Source: Squalus acanthias (taxonomy: Eukaryota). Taken from it: DNA of 64,000 nt. The stretch spans positions 11,594,001 through 11,658,000 of the forward strand of contig CM059447.1 of the NCBI GenBank assembly GCA_030390025.1, in the 5' to 3' direction. Shown one piece after another: positions 1 to 14,279 of the stretch (position 1 is its first letter; every line of letters starts with the position of its first letter). Below the pieces are notes generated by a model, which had not been told where the DNA came from, did no database searches, and saw only the letters and a program-made list of their open reading frames with translations. The translations under genes were made by a program, and so were the position numbers.

Positions 1-3000
1 AAAATCCTACTGGACTTGTTCCAGAAATAAAGCAGAATCATATATCTGATACCATCAGCCAGACAATTTAAATCCTATAGGATTTTTTACTTTTTTTCTG
101 GAATTGAATAATATATTAAAAAGGGTACTTTTCAAATCCTCAGTGATTCCAGTAAAAGTTTTACCAACATTATTGTACTATTTTGCTAAATCAGTTGAGT
201 GTTTCTTTTAAAATATATGGACTTCTATTAACCCAAAAAGTGCCTGCACAGTTTTTTTAGGTTCAGGAAAGGAGGAAGGGGTATAATAGGAATAAAATCT
301 GAAGACATCAACTCTTAATTGCCCAAGTGACAAGCGATTTTTCATGTGTGGGTCTTGACAGTGAGCACTGACATGCTATTTGACTATGGGAGGAATCACA
401 ATTCAATCTTATTCTGTTCTCGCAACACATTTTCCAGTCGGGGCCAACTGTGATCAGGAGCAGGAACTTAGACAATTGTCCATAGCCTGGAACACCAACA
501 CTGAGAAGCAAAATTTTTTAACCAGGTTAAAGTCCTATGCTTATTTCAACATTCACTTGCAAAGATTTCTGCAAATCCAATTGATTTTGTGATCTATTGG
601 AAATAAAATGAATTAACACATTTCATTTTGAAAAAAAATCCAGAAATAATCGTTACGCAAAAAAAATTGTATCCTTAAGAGAATTGATCCTCAGCGACCC
701 TATTCCCAACAAATAATTTTGGAGTATGTAAGCCCAATAATCAGTTGGGAATTAGTGCTATATATATCTACATAATGGTTTTGAGGGGTCCAAAAGAGGG
801 TTCATCCTGAATGTGTCAACATAGACTGTTCAGTAAGATTTCAAAAAACCTAAGTTCAATGATTTCAAGGGGAAGAACATGTCATTTTTTATCACTGCAA
901 AAACAAATGTACTTTATTTTATATTTCTTTCCTTATTTTTGTATTTTTTCATGTTCTTCATCCCTGCTCCATAATTGTTTCTCCTAAAATTTAACAACCT
1001 TTCAAAAGATATATATGGCAGAAGTAAATTGCAGGGCATTTCAAATTAGCAGCAGCTTTGCACATAGTTTCAAGACCCCTAAAATATGACAACCCTTTTT
1101 CAAAAAGGACATATAATTGTTTATTAGCCTTCGTAAACAGAGGCTCAGCTCTAAAGATTACATGGTTTACATATACCCCGTTCAAAAACATACAAGTTTC
1201 ATTGCCGAAATGTTGAAAACACAAGCTTTCAGAATGTTTTCATGAGTTTGCAGAGAGGAATAAAATGTGATGATTTAAATTTACTACTGTATAGCTTGTG
1301 CATGTCTCAGTATCAACTTGTGTGGATGTTTACGGTCAACCGTATTCCGACCATAGCAGAAAAGCTGATATATGAGAACTGGATAAACCATGTTGATGAT
1401 AGCATTGCCGTTGGTGTAGCAATCTTTTGAATAGCTTACATCTCTCAATCAAATGGTACACTGGCTCCTGTATAAATGGCATACTACATTATATCTCATA
1501 TGTTTATCCGTGCTAGCGCCCACTTTATCATGCTCTGTTCGGTATTTTGTCTAAGGCACCACATTTTAAAAACGGTAATCCAATTGCAAATACAAATTCT
1601 GAAAATTCGAGTGGAAAATAAATTTTGCCCATTGCAACTGCATCTACTTGCTCGACAATTTAATTTGCTGACTTCCAGAAGCCATTCACTAAAATTATCT
1701 AGCCATCTCACAAAATCAAATATCTAAGAGATCATCATAATGAAATGGCAACAGCAATTTTAGCTCACTGAATTCACATAATGCAAACCTGAAGGAGCCA
1801 ACATGGAGAAAGCACAGAAAATGGTCATTCCTCTTTCATGTACTAGACATGCTTTACTCACACCAATGACTGGTATCAATCCCACCATTCAAAGAGACCA
1901 TTTATTTTCGGATAACCTCTTTACAGTCAATGCTAAACGATTAAGAATAAAAGCTTTATTGCACATATACCATATATCAAGACAATCTGATTTTCTGAAA
2001 TTCCTTAAAATTAAATGTAAACCTATAGCTTTGAAAATGATCTTTAAATCATGCAAGTCACTGCAATACTGATGAAATTTGCAATTTCTCCCATTAAATC
2101 CTGAACAATTTGCTGAAAATAAGTTAATAAAAATATTTAAGTAAACATTATGGCAGGTTTACGGCTGAAGTAACCGGTAACTATAAATTCCAAAGCTATA
2201 TACAGTCGTCTCGATGTGCTCCGACTGATTTACAAGCAGGACTGTCAGAAGGAGAAACAACTTAAAAAAGAATGTGAGGTACCAAAAAAATTTTCGAAAG
2301 CAGGTAATTTTTGGGTTATAAATAATTTCAGCCAGAGAGAACTTTTTCTTCAAAAGAAATGACAAGTTTGGAATTTTAAAAAACCAAAGAATTTTTTCAA
2401 AATTCTGATTTATATAAAAGTCTTTATCGCCACCGTGCAAGACACCAAGAAGGGGTCACAATCAGTGACCTCATAAGCTGTAGAATATTGGAGCAGAGCA
2501 TCAGGTCCTCCCTGGTCACTATTCTCACAACTTTCTGATCCTGCACTGCTTTTAACAAATCAGCCTCCAATTGCACAATGAAGTATACCATAGAAATGCA
2601 AATTAATCAAGGCTGTAACATCAGATGCCAAGAGTACAGAGCTAAGTATCTAATCACATTACATTTTGCATAGTAGTCGTCATATTATTCACAAAATATT
2701 GCACACTGCTGGAAATGTCTTTCTCATCGCTTCTGGTTGACAGTTTTATGGCCAAAAATGTAAATGCTGACATTTAAATGGGAATGCATATTGAGTAGCT
2801 ATTCTTGAAAAAGGTTGGGGCAAACACGATATTTGCTTAGCAAAAAGTAACTATGTTCAGCATTATTCTATAGAGTATAAAACTTTTTTCCTTTCCCAGA
2901 ATGTGCAGTTCAAATGTTTTTTTTTAAAAAAAGCAACATCATTTCCTCTTACCGTTGCTGTACTATGTGGATCACTCAGCAGGCCACCACCCAAAACGAA

Positions 3001-4109
3001 GGTATAATATTCCTAATGCAGCTTCCTACGGACACAGTAGAGACTGAGTAAACACTCAGGACAACATAGTTGATAAAAAAAAAACTAAATTGTTCTTGTA
3101 CGTGCACCGAAGTAGCTGTGCATAAGGCAATGAAGCTGAATTTTCCATCCTGGTGAACAAGCTCATCAAGTTGTACCATGCTAAACAGAGTAGAAGCCAT
3201 TAGAGTGCAACAGGTGCCTGCACTGGCTGAGAAGCCTGTCCATACAGGCAGGTGAATGATTGGAACACCACAAAATGTGCCTGCACTGCTTTGAAAATTG
3301 TCTACATCTCTCTATATGAAGCTAATCCTGAAGCCAGATGAAGATGTACACTATTAACAGAAGCCCAAGGACACCTTCTCTTAGGCTCCATTCATAACGG
3401 CAAAGCACGCAAACAACATAGCAATTGTTCTCTCAAATGTCACCTTTCTTGGAGGCCGTTTTCCCCACAAAACCCTTGCTTTTTTCATATAAAGCATCAC
3501 ACTACCTCAAATCTCTCTACTGAAACAATTTACATAAAATATTCTTGTCTGGCCAAAACAATTTGGCTCTGTTCTAGTGCATTCCAAAAACCTGTTCTTA
3601 TCCGCCTTCAGTAGATTCAGTAGCAGACCGATCACACAAAGCCCATATTCAGCAGGAGGCATGGAAGGCCCATTTTTGATTGCCGTGTTATCAACAGCAT
3701 CTGAAGGAAACAAAGAAGTCAAAGAAAAGTTCCCGCCGTCACAGTCCAGCCTAATATACATAATTAGAGTATCCCAAAAATATATTTTAATATTTTGACT
3801 CTGTCACACTGTTTCATGAAAATTCAACTTTCGGCTGAGTGCACTTTGGTAGGTTCTGGCCATTTCTAAACATTTCTTCGATAAATCCCTTTTGGTGACC
3901 AGATGCCTGACAACTTTACACAGCTATCTTCAAGTTCTTCGGAAATTGGTACTTGTAATTCAGTACACTCAGTTCACTAGTTTTTTTTAAATTGAGAAAT
4001 CTAGAAGAACACCAAGGCCCGTGAGAGTAATGTTGAGGATGTGAGGGAATGTGTCCAGGCCGACACTAACTGAACCAAGAGTGGCTGTTACTACTATTAG
4101 TTGTACATT

Positions 4110-4720
4110 TGTTGAGAAAAATCACAGAGTGGATTGATAAATGGGATTCAGTGGATGTTGTATATTTAGATTTTCAGAAGGCATTTGGTAAGGTGCCAAA
4201 TAAAAGACATTATAAAAATGAAGGGGTGTGGTATTAAAGGGAATGTAGACACATGGAGAACGAGATGGCTAGGCATCAGAATGCAGAGGGTATGGATAAA
4301 TGTAATGGTTTTCTAAGTAGTGATGTGCCCCCAGGGACCTCTTTTGTTTGCCATTTATATAAATTATTTGGACATCGGCACAAGAGAAAATATATCAGAG
4401 ATTGCCGAGGATGCCAAATTAGAAGGTGTGGCAAACTTAGAGAAAGAATACAGAAGATTCGATGGGCTGAATGGCTTCCTTCGGTGCGGTACTATTCTAT
4501 GATTCTATGATCCGTAGACTGCAAAATTGTGTTGATTTTGAGAGGGTAAGTAGTGCAAGATAGTTTCAATTGCTTCCATTACTTGGTGAATCAGTAGTAA
4601 TGGGCCATAAACTCATGATCATCGCTAGGAGATTTAAGAGGTAAGTCAGAAGAAATGTTTCACAAAGGTTTATGAGAACATGGAATGCATAAAAGGGAAT
4701 TGTGCTTTGTGGAAGAGTGG
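4110..4720 (+). mobile_element. CR1 LINE fragments (RT) and a short (ATTCTATG)n-tailed 3' end at ~4460-4511
   Basis: VDVVYLDFQKAFGKVP and PQGPLLFAIYINYLD RT motifs; tail TATTCTATGATTCTATGA. Confidence 0.8.
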
Positions 4721-7589
4721 GTAAAGTTTGGACTCAACTTTTTCCAAATGAAAGGAACCCCATAAATAAAATATAATCACATTATTACTGAATCTTCGAC
4801 TCATGCAGCTTTAAACTTGATTTCAACATAGCTCAAAACCTGTGCTTTACCCTCCTGTAGTTAGTGAATTGCTGATGTGAATTTGGTCTCCGTGACTCAG
4901 TAACACAATAACAGTAGCATTTAGCCACTGGCCTATAGAGCTCCTTCTCACAAATTCCAATACAAATGTGAAGCTTCCCAACTGCTGAATGGCCTATTGG
5001 CACCAGTGTGCTGTGACACGGATTGGAATGATGCAGCTTCACATGTTATTCCTCATGTGCTGTATTCCAGATCTCAGCCAGCCAATGATAGATGTGCCAA
5101 TTGGAGGCACAGCACTTTCTCCCTGAGAGGGGTGAGGTTAAAAAAAAAAACTCTACAGATGGTAAGTGAATCTGTGCAATACTTCTGTACACTTCCCTAG
5201 ACCTTCGCACTGAGCGGTTCTGTAAGACACCTGGCAGGAAATTATTGGTCTGTCTCTTTTGGCAGGATGTTGCATGAGGGAGAAGAGCTAAATAAAGAAT
5301 CTTGCTGATGAGCAAGCCCATTCAAAAAAAAAAGAGCTTACTATGCACCATTACATGAAACATTATCAGTTACAGGCAAAGTGAAACGCTGATGGAGTAG
5401 ACAGCTCTTTTATGTCTCACGTGAATGAATACATTAAAAAAACTTGGGACATTAGTGGACAGTAACAATGGATGGGAAATGAAGAAAAGTGGTTCCACTG
5501 TATGTCTCAGTGGTTCTGAAGTGTTAACTAGAATAGAAAACACTGAACAAAAAGCCAAGGTAAAATAAGTACAAAGGTGCATTGCATGTGGCAAGCTAGA
5601 GATCTTTGTGACGACTATTCAGAGCTATTACAAAACATGTAAGCTAAAAATTATTGTTGGATGTACAGAACCTTTACAGGATATTATAAATCTTAGAATA
5701 TCATATCGACAAACAAGATCAAAAGACACCACCTACACAGGCAAATTTGTTTTAATACTCAGATTTTTCCAGTACCGACATGTATTTTTCTCCCCTCCAC
5801 CTTCAGGAGAGGAAGGCTAAGAGTCATGCTCAAGTTATAATCTCCTCAACCCCTTCTCTGCACCACACGCCATTCTCGGATTCTCTAACTAGCTGCAAAA
5901 GGATGTCTCAGAAGAAGTTGCTGAGCAACTGACCTTCTCTTCCATTCCATCCCTCTAGTGAACTGCACTGTCTCAGGAATACACCTCCTCCTGACAGTGC
6001 AGCCAAGATCAGGATCTTCTCAAGCAAGGAGCAAGGTCCCACAGACAGCTATCAACAGTAAATAGACAACTCCACGCAGAGAGAATAATTGATACCCATG
6101 AGTAATTACAAGGCAATAGTCTCATTGATGGGTACAGATAACATCGCAAACCACGACTGCAGGGCTAAAGCAGTTTAGAATTGTCATTTGAGCCTTGAAA
6201 TGAGGTTACAGTCTTAATATCACTTTTATATATACACCTTCTTTTAATTTAATACCATGGAATTAATGGAGATCATGTTGTTCCATTTTTGGTCTTTCGT
6301 GGTACCGATTATAGATATTGCATCAGACACCTATGGTTCCACAAGTTGATGCATTTGTTTTACGATAGTCCACAGGTGATTACTAGAAACACAATCAATA
6401 TGGTTTAACCATCCTTAAGTGACATTTTCAATACGTTGTTAGACTATTCCAAAATCGTTTTTTATTTCTTCCACCTTTTTATGCCAATCTTCTCCCCTCC
6501 AAGGTTAACACAGGCACCAGGTGTCTATAATTGTGAACAAAAGAGAACTATGGTGTGAAAGGCAAATACTCAGCAGCCAATAGTCAGGGTATATAGAAGA
6601 ACACATAGGCATGAATGGGTTATAAGGCAGGAACACATCAAAGAATGCAGACAGTATTATCAAATGCAAGGAATAAATGACAAGTTTTGTAAGATCGGCT
6701 GCACTCCAAGATTGGAATACAGTATTATGTACACACATCAAAAAAAAATATTTCACATTACTTAAAATTGCTGGTGGAATGGCAGACATCTGCAACTATG
6801 ACCAGTCTCATACCATACAGTCAGAGAATATTGTTCATTGAACATCACAGGAAGTAATATATCTTAGATAAAAGTTATATTCAGAACACTAGCACTTATT
6901 TATGTAAAGTTATTGGAATCTATAACACGTTCTACACTACAAGTGTGCCATGAAATCTATTATGATGCAACTCCTTCAGAACACTGAAAAGTAGCTCCGA
7001 ATATTTGCGTCTCATTTTACTGATGAGGCAAAATAAGGAAAAATAAGACGTCGTTACAAGAAACAACATGCATTTAAAATTATTAAGGTGACCACTGTTT
7101 CTGCTACTCCCTATATGGTTTAGCTATCCATATTCCCGGAAGAATATTCAAAACAACTAGATAGTTAATTTAAGGTTTTCCCCCTGTTATCATGTCGGTA
7201 TGAAGAATGCAAGCAACAGCAGGTTAGTGCAACAGCTGAATATGTGATAAGAAAAGATTAATGCTATCTCTACCTTCCTCTAATAAGTACTAATTGCTCT
7301 TTTTTCACTGCGTCACTGCCAACAAATTACTGAACCAGTTTTATTGAACAACATAGGACACAAAGTGCAAATGTTTCAATGTCACCTCAGGTGGCACCTT
7401 TAACTATCTGTTGCACAGGTATGTCAGAGCTAATGAAGGTGTTAGAGATGTGATAAGCACTATTTAAACTTTACTTGTACCCAAACACCACATGTCAACA
7501 CTAGCCCGTGCCCAAACTCTCTGATCAAGGTAGGCAAACAGCCAATGAATGCAATAAATTATCCTGCTTCACACTGGCTGAAGTCATGC

Positions 7590-8570
7590 CTGACACAAAT
7601 GAAGATAGTTGTGGTTGTCAGAGGCCAATTATTGCAGCCCCAGCACATTACTGTGAGAGTTCCTTAGGGAAATATCCTCAGCCCTACCATCTTCAGCTGC
7701 TTCAACAATGGCCTTCCTTCTGTGATAAGGTCAGGAACGGGGCTGTTTGCTGACAATTCCAGTGTTTAATTCCAGTCACGACTCTTTTGATGAAGGAGCC
7801 CATGCCAGTCTACAGCAGGACCTGGACAACACCCAGGTTTGGGCTGGCAAGTGCCAGGTGACATTCGCCTCACATAAATGCTAGCCTATGACCATCTTGA
7901 ACAAAAGAAAGCCCAGCCATCTCTCCACAACCTTCAACAGCACCACCAGCATTCCATCACCATCAACATCTTAGAGGTCACTATTCACTAAAAGCTAAAA
8001 TAAAACAGCTATATAAATGCTACTGGTACCGAATCAGGGCAGTGGTTGGATACTCTGTGATAAGTGGATAATCTCCTTGCTGAGATAGTGCAACCACAAC
8101 AACATTCAAAAAATTCAACACTATCCAGGACTGAGAAGTCTGCTTGATCGGCACCCCTGTCACTGGACTCAATATCCAACACCTCCATCATTAGCACACT
8201 GTGCTTGCAGTATGTTTGATCTACAGGATGCACTGCATCAACTCACCAATATTACTTAAACAACACCTCTCTCCCCGTGACATCTACCACCAAGAATGAA
8301 AAGAACAGCAATTAGATATACCATCACCTCCAGGTTCTCCTCCAACTCACCCACTAGCCTGACTTGGATATATATCACCATTCCTTCATTGTCACTGGGT
8401 CAATATTCTCTAATTCCCTACCTAGTGCCATTGTGGGTTCGTCACCAGCACAAGAACAGCAGCGGTTAAAGGATGAGGTGCTTCACCACCTTCTCAGAGC
8501 AACTGAGCATAGGCGATAAACGTGGCCTTGCCAGCGCTAATCACATCCGGAGAACACATTTTTTAAATGC
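7590..8570 (+). mobile_element. Old LINE 3' fragment (CR1-group), same family as 28111-33689
   Basis: LQQDLDN motif; colinear with 28130-28260 and 32980-33680, ending GGCCTTGCCAGCG...CACATCC. Confidence 0.75.
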
Positions 8571-8638
8571 TCTAAAGCAGAAACGTAATCCTCTCTGACT
8601 CCACAAGGTCAAAAGCAAGCATCATGAGTCACATAAGT

Positions 8639-9087
8639 GTCAGCCTTGGCTCAGTGGTAGCAGCAATGTTGCCTCTTAGACAGATATCATAGGTTGAAGC
8701 CCCACTCCAGAGACTTCAGTGCAGTACTGAGGAAGTGCTGCACTGTTGGAGATGCCGTCTTTCAGATGAGATGTTAAACTGGGCATGGTGTAGTACAGGG
8801 ACTCTCAGTTCGATGTAAAAAGATCAAATGGCACTTTTTGAACAAGAGCAGAAGAGTTCTCCCAGCACTGGACAACATTTATCCCTCAAACAATACCACT
8901 AAACAGATTATCTGGTTACAGTATTTATCTCATTGCTATTTATAGGCCCTTGCTGTGTGAAAACTGGCTGCTGTGTTTGCCTACATTACAAGAGTCACTA
9001 CACTTTAAAACTACTTCATCAGCTGTGACGTGCTTTGGGACATCCTGAAGACACGGAAGACGCTATATGAATACAAGTTCTTTCTTT
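8639..9087 (+). mobile_element. tRNA-derived Deu-domain SINE (SacSINE1/AmnSINE-like)
   Basis: A-box-like TGGCTCAGTGG head; central TGCTGTGTGAAAACTGGCTGCTGTGTTTGCCTACATTACAA; 3' CGCTATATGAATACAAGTTCTTTCTTT. Homologous to 15744-16964. Confidence 0.8.
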
Positions 9088-9673
9088 GTTTACACTGTTT
9101 TTTATCCTACCAGTTATTAAGTATTTTCACAAGAGTATCCTAAACTTAAGACATTCAAACAGCAATAAATACCATTTCAATCTCATTTAATTTTTGTTTT
9201 GTAAATATGCTTAAGACGATGGCTGGCATCTCACCTAATTCTTAACTACCAAAACAGCACATTGCATTGACACCAATTTTGCTGCATGGCAGAAATCAAC
9301 TGAGGTGTTACAACAATTCACAATATTTGAATTGTAACATATACTAGAGTAAATCCGGGTAACAATTCAGAACTATTTGAACACCTCAATTAGATTAGTT
9401 TTATCTATTCTCAAAGATGGAATAAGCCTTAATTACATTGTTTCTTATTGTGCAATGACATCAGGCCTATTGCTTTTTTGACCATGTAAATTTCAGTCCC
9501 GGAAACTGATTACTGCATTATTTTGAAAATACTTAGCGACACTGGATTTGGATATTGCACAGCATAGATGAATCCATTTATTAATACTCATCAGCAACTT
9601 TATGAGTTTAAAGAAACAATTTGCTTAAAATTTTAATCTATATGTTAAGAGATACTTGTTAAGATTCATACTG

Positions 9674-9809
9674 CGGAGATGCCGGTGTTGGACTGGGGTG
9701 GACAAAAGTGAGAAGTCGCACTTCACCTGACGAAGGGGCAGCAGCTCCGAAAGCTTGTGATTTCAAATAAAACTGTTGGACTATAACCTGGTGTTGTGTG
9801 ACTTCTCAC
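9674..9809 (+). mobile_element. Penelope-like element terminal fragment with 15-bp flanking duplication
   Basis: TTAAGATTCATACTG at 9659-9673 and 9810-9824; internal inverted segment AGTGAGAAGTCGCAC / GTGTGACTTCTCACT; hammerhead-like core; AATAAA. Confidence 0.75.
9723..9760 (+). ncRNA. Minimal type I hammerhead ribozyme-like motif
   Basis: UCAC-CUGACGA-A-GGGGC-AGCA-GCUCC-GAAA-G-CUU-GUGA: both core boxes, stem I UCAC/GUGA, 5-bp stem II, palindromic AAGCUU in place of stem III. Confidence 0.6.
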
Positions 9810-10619
9810 TTAAGATTCATACTGACTGAGGATTTTAGCTGAATGATTTTGAAATTGGTTCGGATAGTACATCCTCAATCCACATGCCTCCATCCATATT
9901 AGATACAGACATAATACTGAACCTATTGCATCTATCCCTGGACTGCACCATGCCCAGGAAATGGTATCAGTCTGAAGGAGCACATAACTGTAGTTCCTTT
10001 ATCCCACCCACAGGAGTGCTAAATTATTATTTTTTAAATGGTGAAGACCTGAGATACCTTATTTCTATGATGCTTCGATATTATTCATTCATTTTCAGAT
10101 TATTAGCAATAGAACAGCATTAACAATTCTATCGCCAACTAATTGTGCTTGTAGCTCCTTTAAGCAAATATAATTTTCATGGTTTGCATGTATCACCTAA
10201 CCATTTGAAACAAGTCCAACAATTTTTGTATCATTTAATAAGGTCAAGGGAATGTTTAAAAATGTACAACCCGATGATGTATTTATGGTGAGCCAGAGAG
10301 TCAATCTGAATTCACCCACTAATTATTGATCAAGTGAAATTCCAACTTAATGGCCTATCTTAAAATTCTGGCAGCTTGCAAGACTTACTAAAAAAAAACA
10401 AATCTTAGCAACTTAAGACTTTTTCACATTAAATATGTTACATCTCTCTTTTCATATAAATTATTCCACCGTATGATGTCATCGGCTGAGCATATGTTGG
10501 CTGTGATTCAGTCTATGACATAATCTCCACAACAATACTGTAGCAGAAATATAAACAAAGTAGTAACATTAAAGAAAATCCATGCAACATTTTGATGCAT
10601 ACTATAATTTAAACAGTAA

Positions 10620-11314
10620 GGAGGAAAAATGGAGTCACGCCCCTTAGAATTATCGCCCCCGCGGCCGAAATTGAGTGGTAGCGCCCCACAAGGGAAGCGG
10701 GGCGCTACTGGAAGCGCCCCGCCTCCCTCTTGGGGTGCTGCGAGGGAATATCGCGGCGCTATATGCCGCGGTACTGCAGGCCTTCCTTCCCTTCTTAAAG
10801 GGGAGGGGCCTTGCGCAGCGCGACCCGGGGCTCAGCTCGGCCACTGGGATCAGAGTGCCGGCAAAAGAGCCCGGCACTCAAGTGAAGTGCCGGGCTCATG
10901 GAGCGCAGCCGGCACTCCGCAGCGGGGGGTGCTCAGGAGGCCAGGGATGGCAGCGGAGGCAGGTGCTGGCAGGCGGCCAGCAACAAAAATGGCCGCCCGG
11001 CACTTCGCCTTTAAATAGCACTGCCCCGGCCGCAGGTAGGCCCCCCTGACCCCGTCGGACATAGCGTCCGGCGGTAAGTCAGGGGGCGCTACCAAAGATC
11101 GCCACCGGGGCGCGAGCGGGGCGCTGTGCACGGTGATGACGTCATCGCCGGCGGCACAGCACCGCGGGGTGCTAACGGTTACCGCCGCCGCTAACCTCCC
11201 GCTGAATTTCGCGGGAGGCGTTGGCGGTGCCGCGCCCGGGCGCTAGTTGCTTTGCGTCCCGTTAGCGCCCTCTTAGGGCGCTAACGAGGCGCAAAGCAAC
11301 CGAATTTTCCCCCC
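10620..11314. mobile_element. Harbinger-type MITE (695 bp, CpG-rich)
   Basis: TIRs GGAGGAAAAAT ... ATTTTCCCCCC; TSD TAA/TAA (PIF/Harbinger hallmark); repeated GGCGCTA/TAGCGCC subterminal motifs. Confidence 0.85.
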
Positions 11315-12147
11315 TAAAAGCTTAACTTAACAGTAGTCTGGTGTTATACTCTCAATTGATTTTAGGAAGATTGTTATGCCACAACATTTAGCTAAAAAAA
11401 ATGATAATCTGCCCTATTCCCTTGCTTGTGTTCTAAATATACTGTAAAATTATTACAGTAGTACATACAACAAAGTTATTCCATCTCTCTTCATTTAGTT
11501 TATTACCAATTAAAATGACAGATGCAAGTGCACACTTACCACATACGGCTCGATAAGAGGCACTGCCTAGCAAATGGAATCAGACTGCGGGTAGACTGGA
11601 AGCCCCAGTTTGCTCAGTCCATTCAAAGTGGCTGTCCTGGGACAGTAACAAGAATACCATCTTTTTTGATATAAATGGTATACTCTACACTATTTGATTT
11701 GGTAAAAGCACATTAGCAGTTGTATCAATGTGTTGAAGCAAAACATTTAGTCCATAGCTGTATTTATAAATTCAGAAATCAACAAAAAACACAACTAACC
11801 AGATCCAGCATGCATTTCATATTACAAATATCAAAGATTATTAAAGGGGGTTAAAAACACAAGGGGCCAAGTTACCACACACTTAGCTCTTAGGGTATTT
11901 TCTCCTCTAGCCTCTAATGTGATTGAAGAAGTAGGTACTCCAGTTTTACACTTAGCTGACTTTTTCACTTATAACAATCAAAAGAAATATATCCACTGAT
12001 CTATGCCTATATATTTGAAGAAAGCATAAGACTGTCACCAATCATAGAGTAGTTAAAATTGTGTATGCATTAATAAGGCAGCTGAGACACTTAAAAGGGC
12101 AAATCGGAAATGTGTTTTGTTACAAAATAAAGCCATGCTTATATTAA

Positions 12148-12243
12148 TACCCAGAGTGACTCTGGGTACCACTAGAGTGGACAGATCATTCTCTATTCAC
12201 ATTAGAAAACGTGTGAATGGAGAATGATCTGGCCACTATGGTG
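12148..12243. repeat. Two adjacent inverted repeats (10-bp perfect; 32-bp stem with 10-nt loop)
   Basis: TACCCAGAGT-G-ACTCTGGGTA, then CACTAGAGTGGACAGATCATTCTCTATTCACA-TTAGAAAACG-TGTGAATGGAGAATGATCTGGCCACTATGGTG. Confidence 0.85.
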
Positions 12244-12556
12244 ACGATGGATTATGGCAGTGATAGATACCAGGTGTAATACCATCAGCGTCCGCACTGC
12301 CAAGCAATAGTGATGGTCACCAAAAGTCAGGACTGTTTATACTACTGAGTCACTAGAATCAGAATACAAAATGTGGTTAGGCATTATGTGAAATGCAAGT
12401 TTTTCTTTTCTCTTTTGGATTATTCGCAGGTGAAATCTGTAGTCTGAGTGAGGCTGCATAGCTCTCATCAGTAACAGAACTCAAACATACTCAAGAGATG
12501 GTAGGGTGTCTATTAATGAGTTAATTTGTGCTTCCAATAAATGTGGCGGGACATAT

Positions 12557-12950
12557 AGGGCTTCCCGATGACTCCGTGGGTAAGTGCAATGCACAGCGTG
12601 AATACAGATAAGAAAGGTCCAAGGTTTGATCAGTAATCTGTGACAAACGCAACTGCAAAAGGAGTTGAGGTGCTACTATTGGCCTCAATTTGCCTAGGCT
12701 AATGAGGGGAAAAGGTAAAACCACAGCTGGAGCACCCACTCCTGACTGCTACTTAATTGTCGCTACTGGAATGTGTGCGTGTGTGGATGTCAGGGAAGGG
12801 CAGGATTCAGATCAGTATGGTGACTCCCTTAGTCAAATAGTTTATCAGCGCTCACAGATAAAGAATGGACCTTTGGATGAGGTAACCAGAGGGTAACCAG
12901 TATCTCTGCAATTGTACCTCAGCAGGAATCAGTGCATTAAGGAATGGAGT
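12557..12950 (+). mobile_element. Degenerate tRNA-headed SINE
   Basis: Degenerate A-box TGACTCCGTGGG and B-box GGTTTGATC; family not assignable by eye. Confidence 0.4.
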
Positions 12951-14279
12951 GAAGAAAATTAGAAAGAAAAGGCATTGCAGGTCCAATATGGAGAACAGAT
13001 AATTATTTAAAATTCCATGCCTACAAGTGTTTTGATCAATATGTGGAACATTTGCAATTAGAAGCAGCAATGTCAAATATCTACTGCCTTGAAAGAAGGA
13101 TAAATTATGTAAGGAAAACTTGCATACAGGTGTAAAACGTGGTCTCACTAATCACGTGCCTCTGCCATTTATCACTTGACTGTGGACTATTGAGGATTCC
13201 ATTCATTCCTCACAGGACGTTTAGGGTTGAAAATCAAACAGTTATCAAGATTCCCATAGGGAAGAGACACTTCATCAAACACCACAGCTCCTCTCCCGCC
13301 GTCAAACCAGAACTTTTCTCATCAGTTTTCTCCACAAAGTGATCTACGCTAAACTTTGTCAGGATTCTCAATACGGTTTGAAATACGTAGTCTGAGATAT
13401 ACCTGGAATGCAGCAATAAGTGTTTTAAATTTGCAGCAAGTACATCAAATTCATGACACTCCCTCATATCTTGTAAATATGTTGCAGATTAACATAATCC
13501 TAAACCAACAATGATTTGTCAACAAACTGCAAAGTGCTCATTTCCGTCAGTATGTTTTAAATATTACACAGATGAAAACTCACATTTATGATTCTAAAAA
13601 TTCAGATTTGGGGCTTATTTTCTCCACCAAAGAAGTTCCATACATTGCAATTAATTTGTAATAAGTTTTCCATCATCATCAGTTCAGCAAGACAGTTTAA
13701 AGTACTCTCTAAATGTTTTAGAAATGTTCTCAATTATGTCCTTAACTTCCCAATTTCTCTGACTAAGATAGATAAATGGACACACAATTAAGTATTGCTC
13801 CCTAATTCTTGCTTGAAAATAGGTGTTTTGAAAGGAAAATTAAGGAGATAACTTATACAAATATTTAATTACTGTTCTGTGTCAGTCATACATGTGGAAC
13901 TAGGAAACAGCATGATTACCACAAGGTCCCAGCATCAGTGTATACATGCCCTTTGAACCTAACACGAACTATTATTAAAACTGAATGATAATAAAGAGCA
14001 TTAGTCTTTCTTACCAAGTTACTGGCTAACCCAATTTACTCACGAAAAAACACAGTCTACCTTTCAGAAGGGATCACAATGAGGTACCGACTGTCCAGCT
14101 AGTCGTGCTGTGCAATCATATGTAACCGGTCTGGGTGTCTGTTTCTGAGAGACATAATAGGGATGCATTACAATGAGAAGCAGCTCAAAGACAGGGAGCC
14201 TTCTGTACAATCCATATTGAAAAGACAAAGAAATAGTATCATAGATTGTCAGTGTATATATTTTCTTGCACTTTACAGG

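Noticed and set aside
1-4100. Short 60-93 aa ORFs in AT-rich DNA
   Set aside because: No domain resemblance or coherent exon chain; expected by chance. Non-coding exons or CNEs here cannot be excluded by eye.
10629-11131. Overlapping 75-129 aa ORFs and CpG-island appearance
   Set aside because: All lie within a TIR/TSD-bounded GC-rich MITE; stop-poor by composition, not a host gene or promoter.
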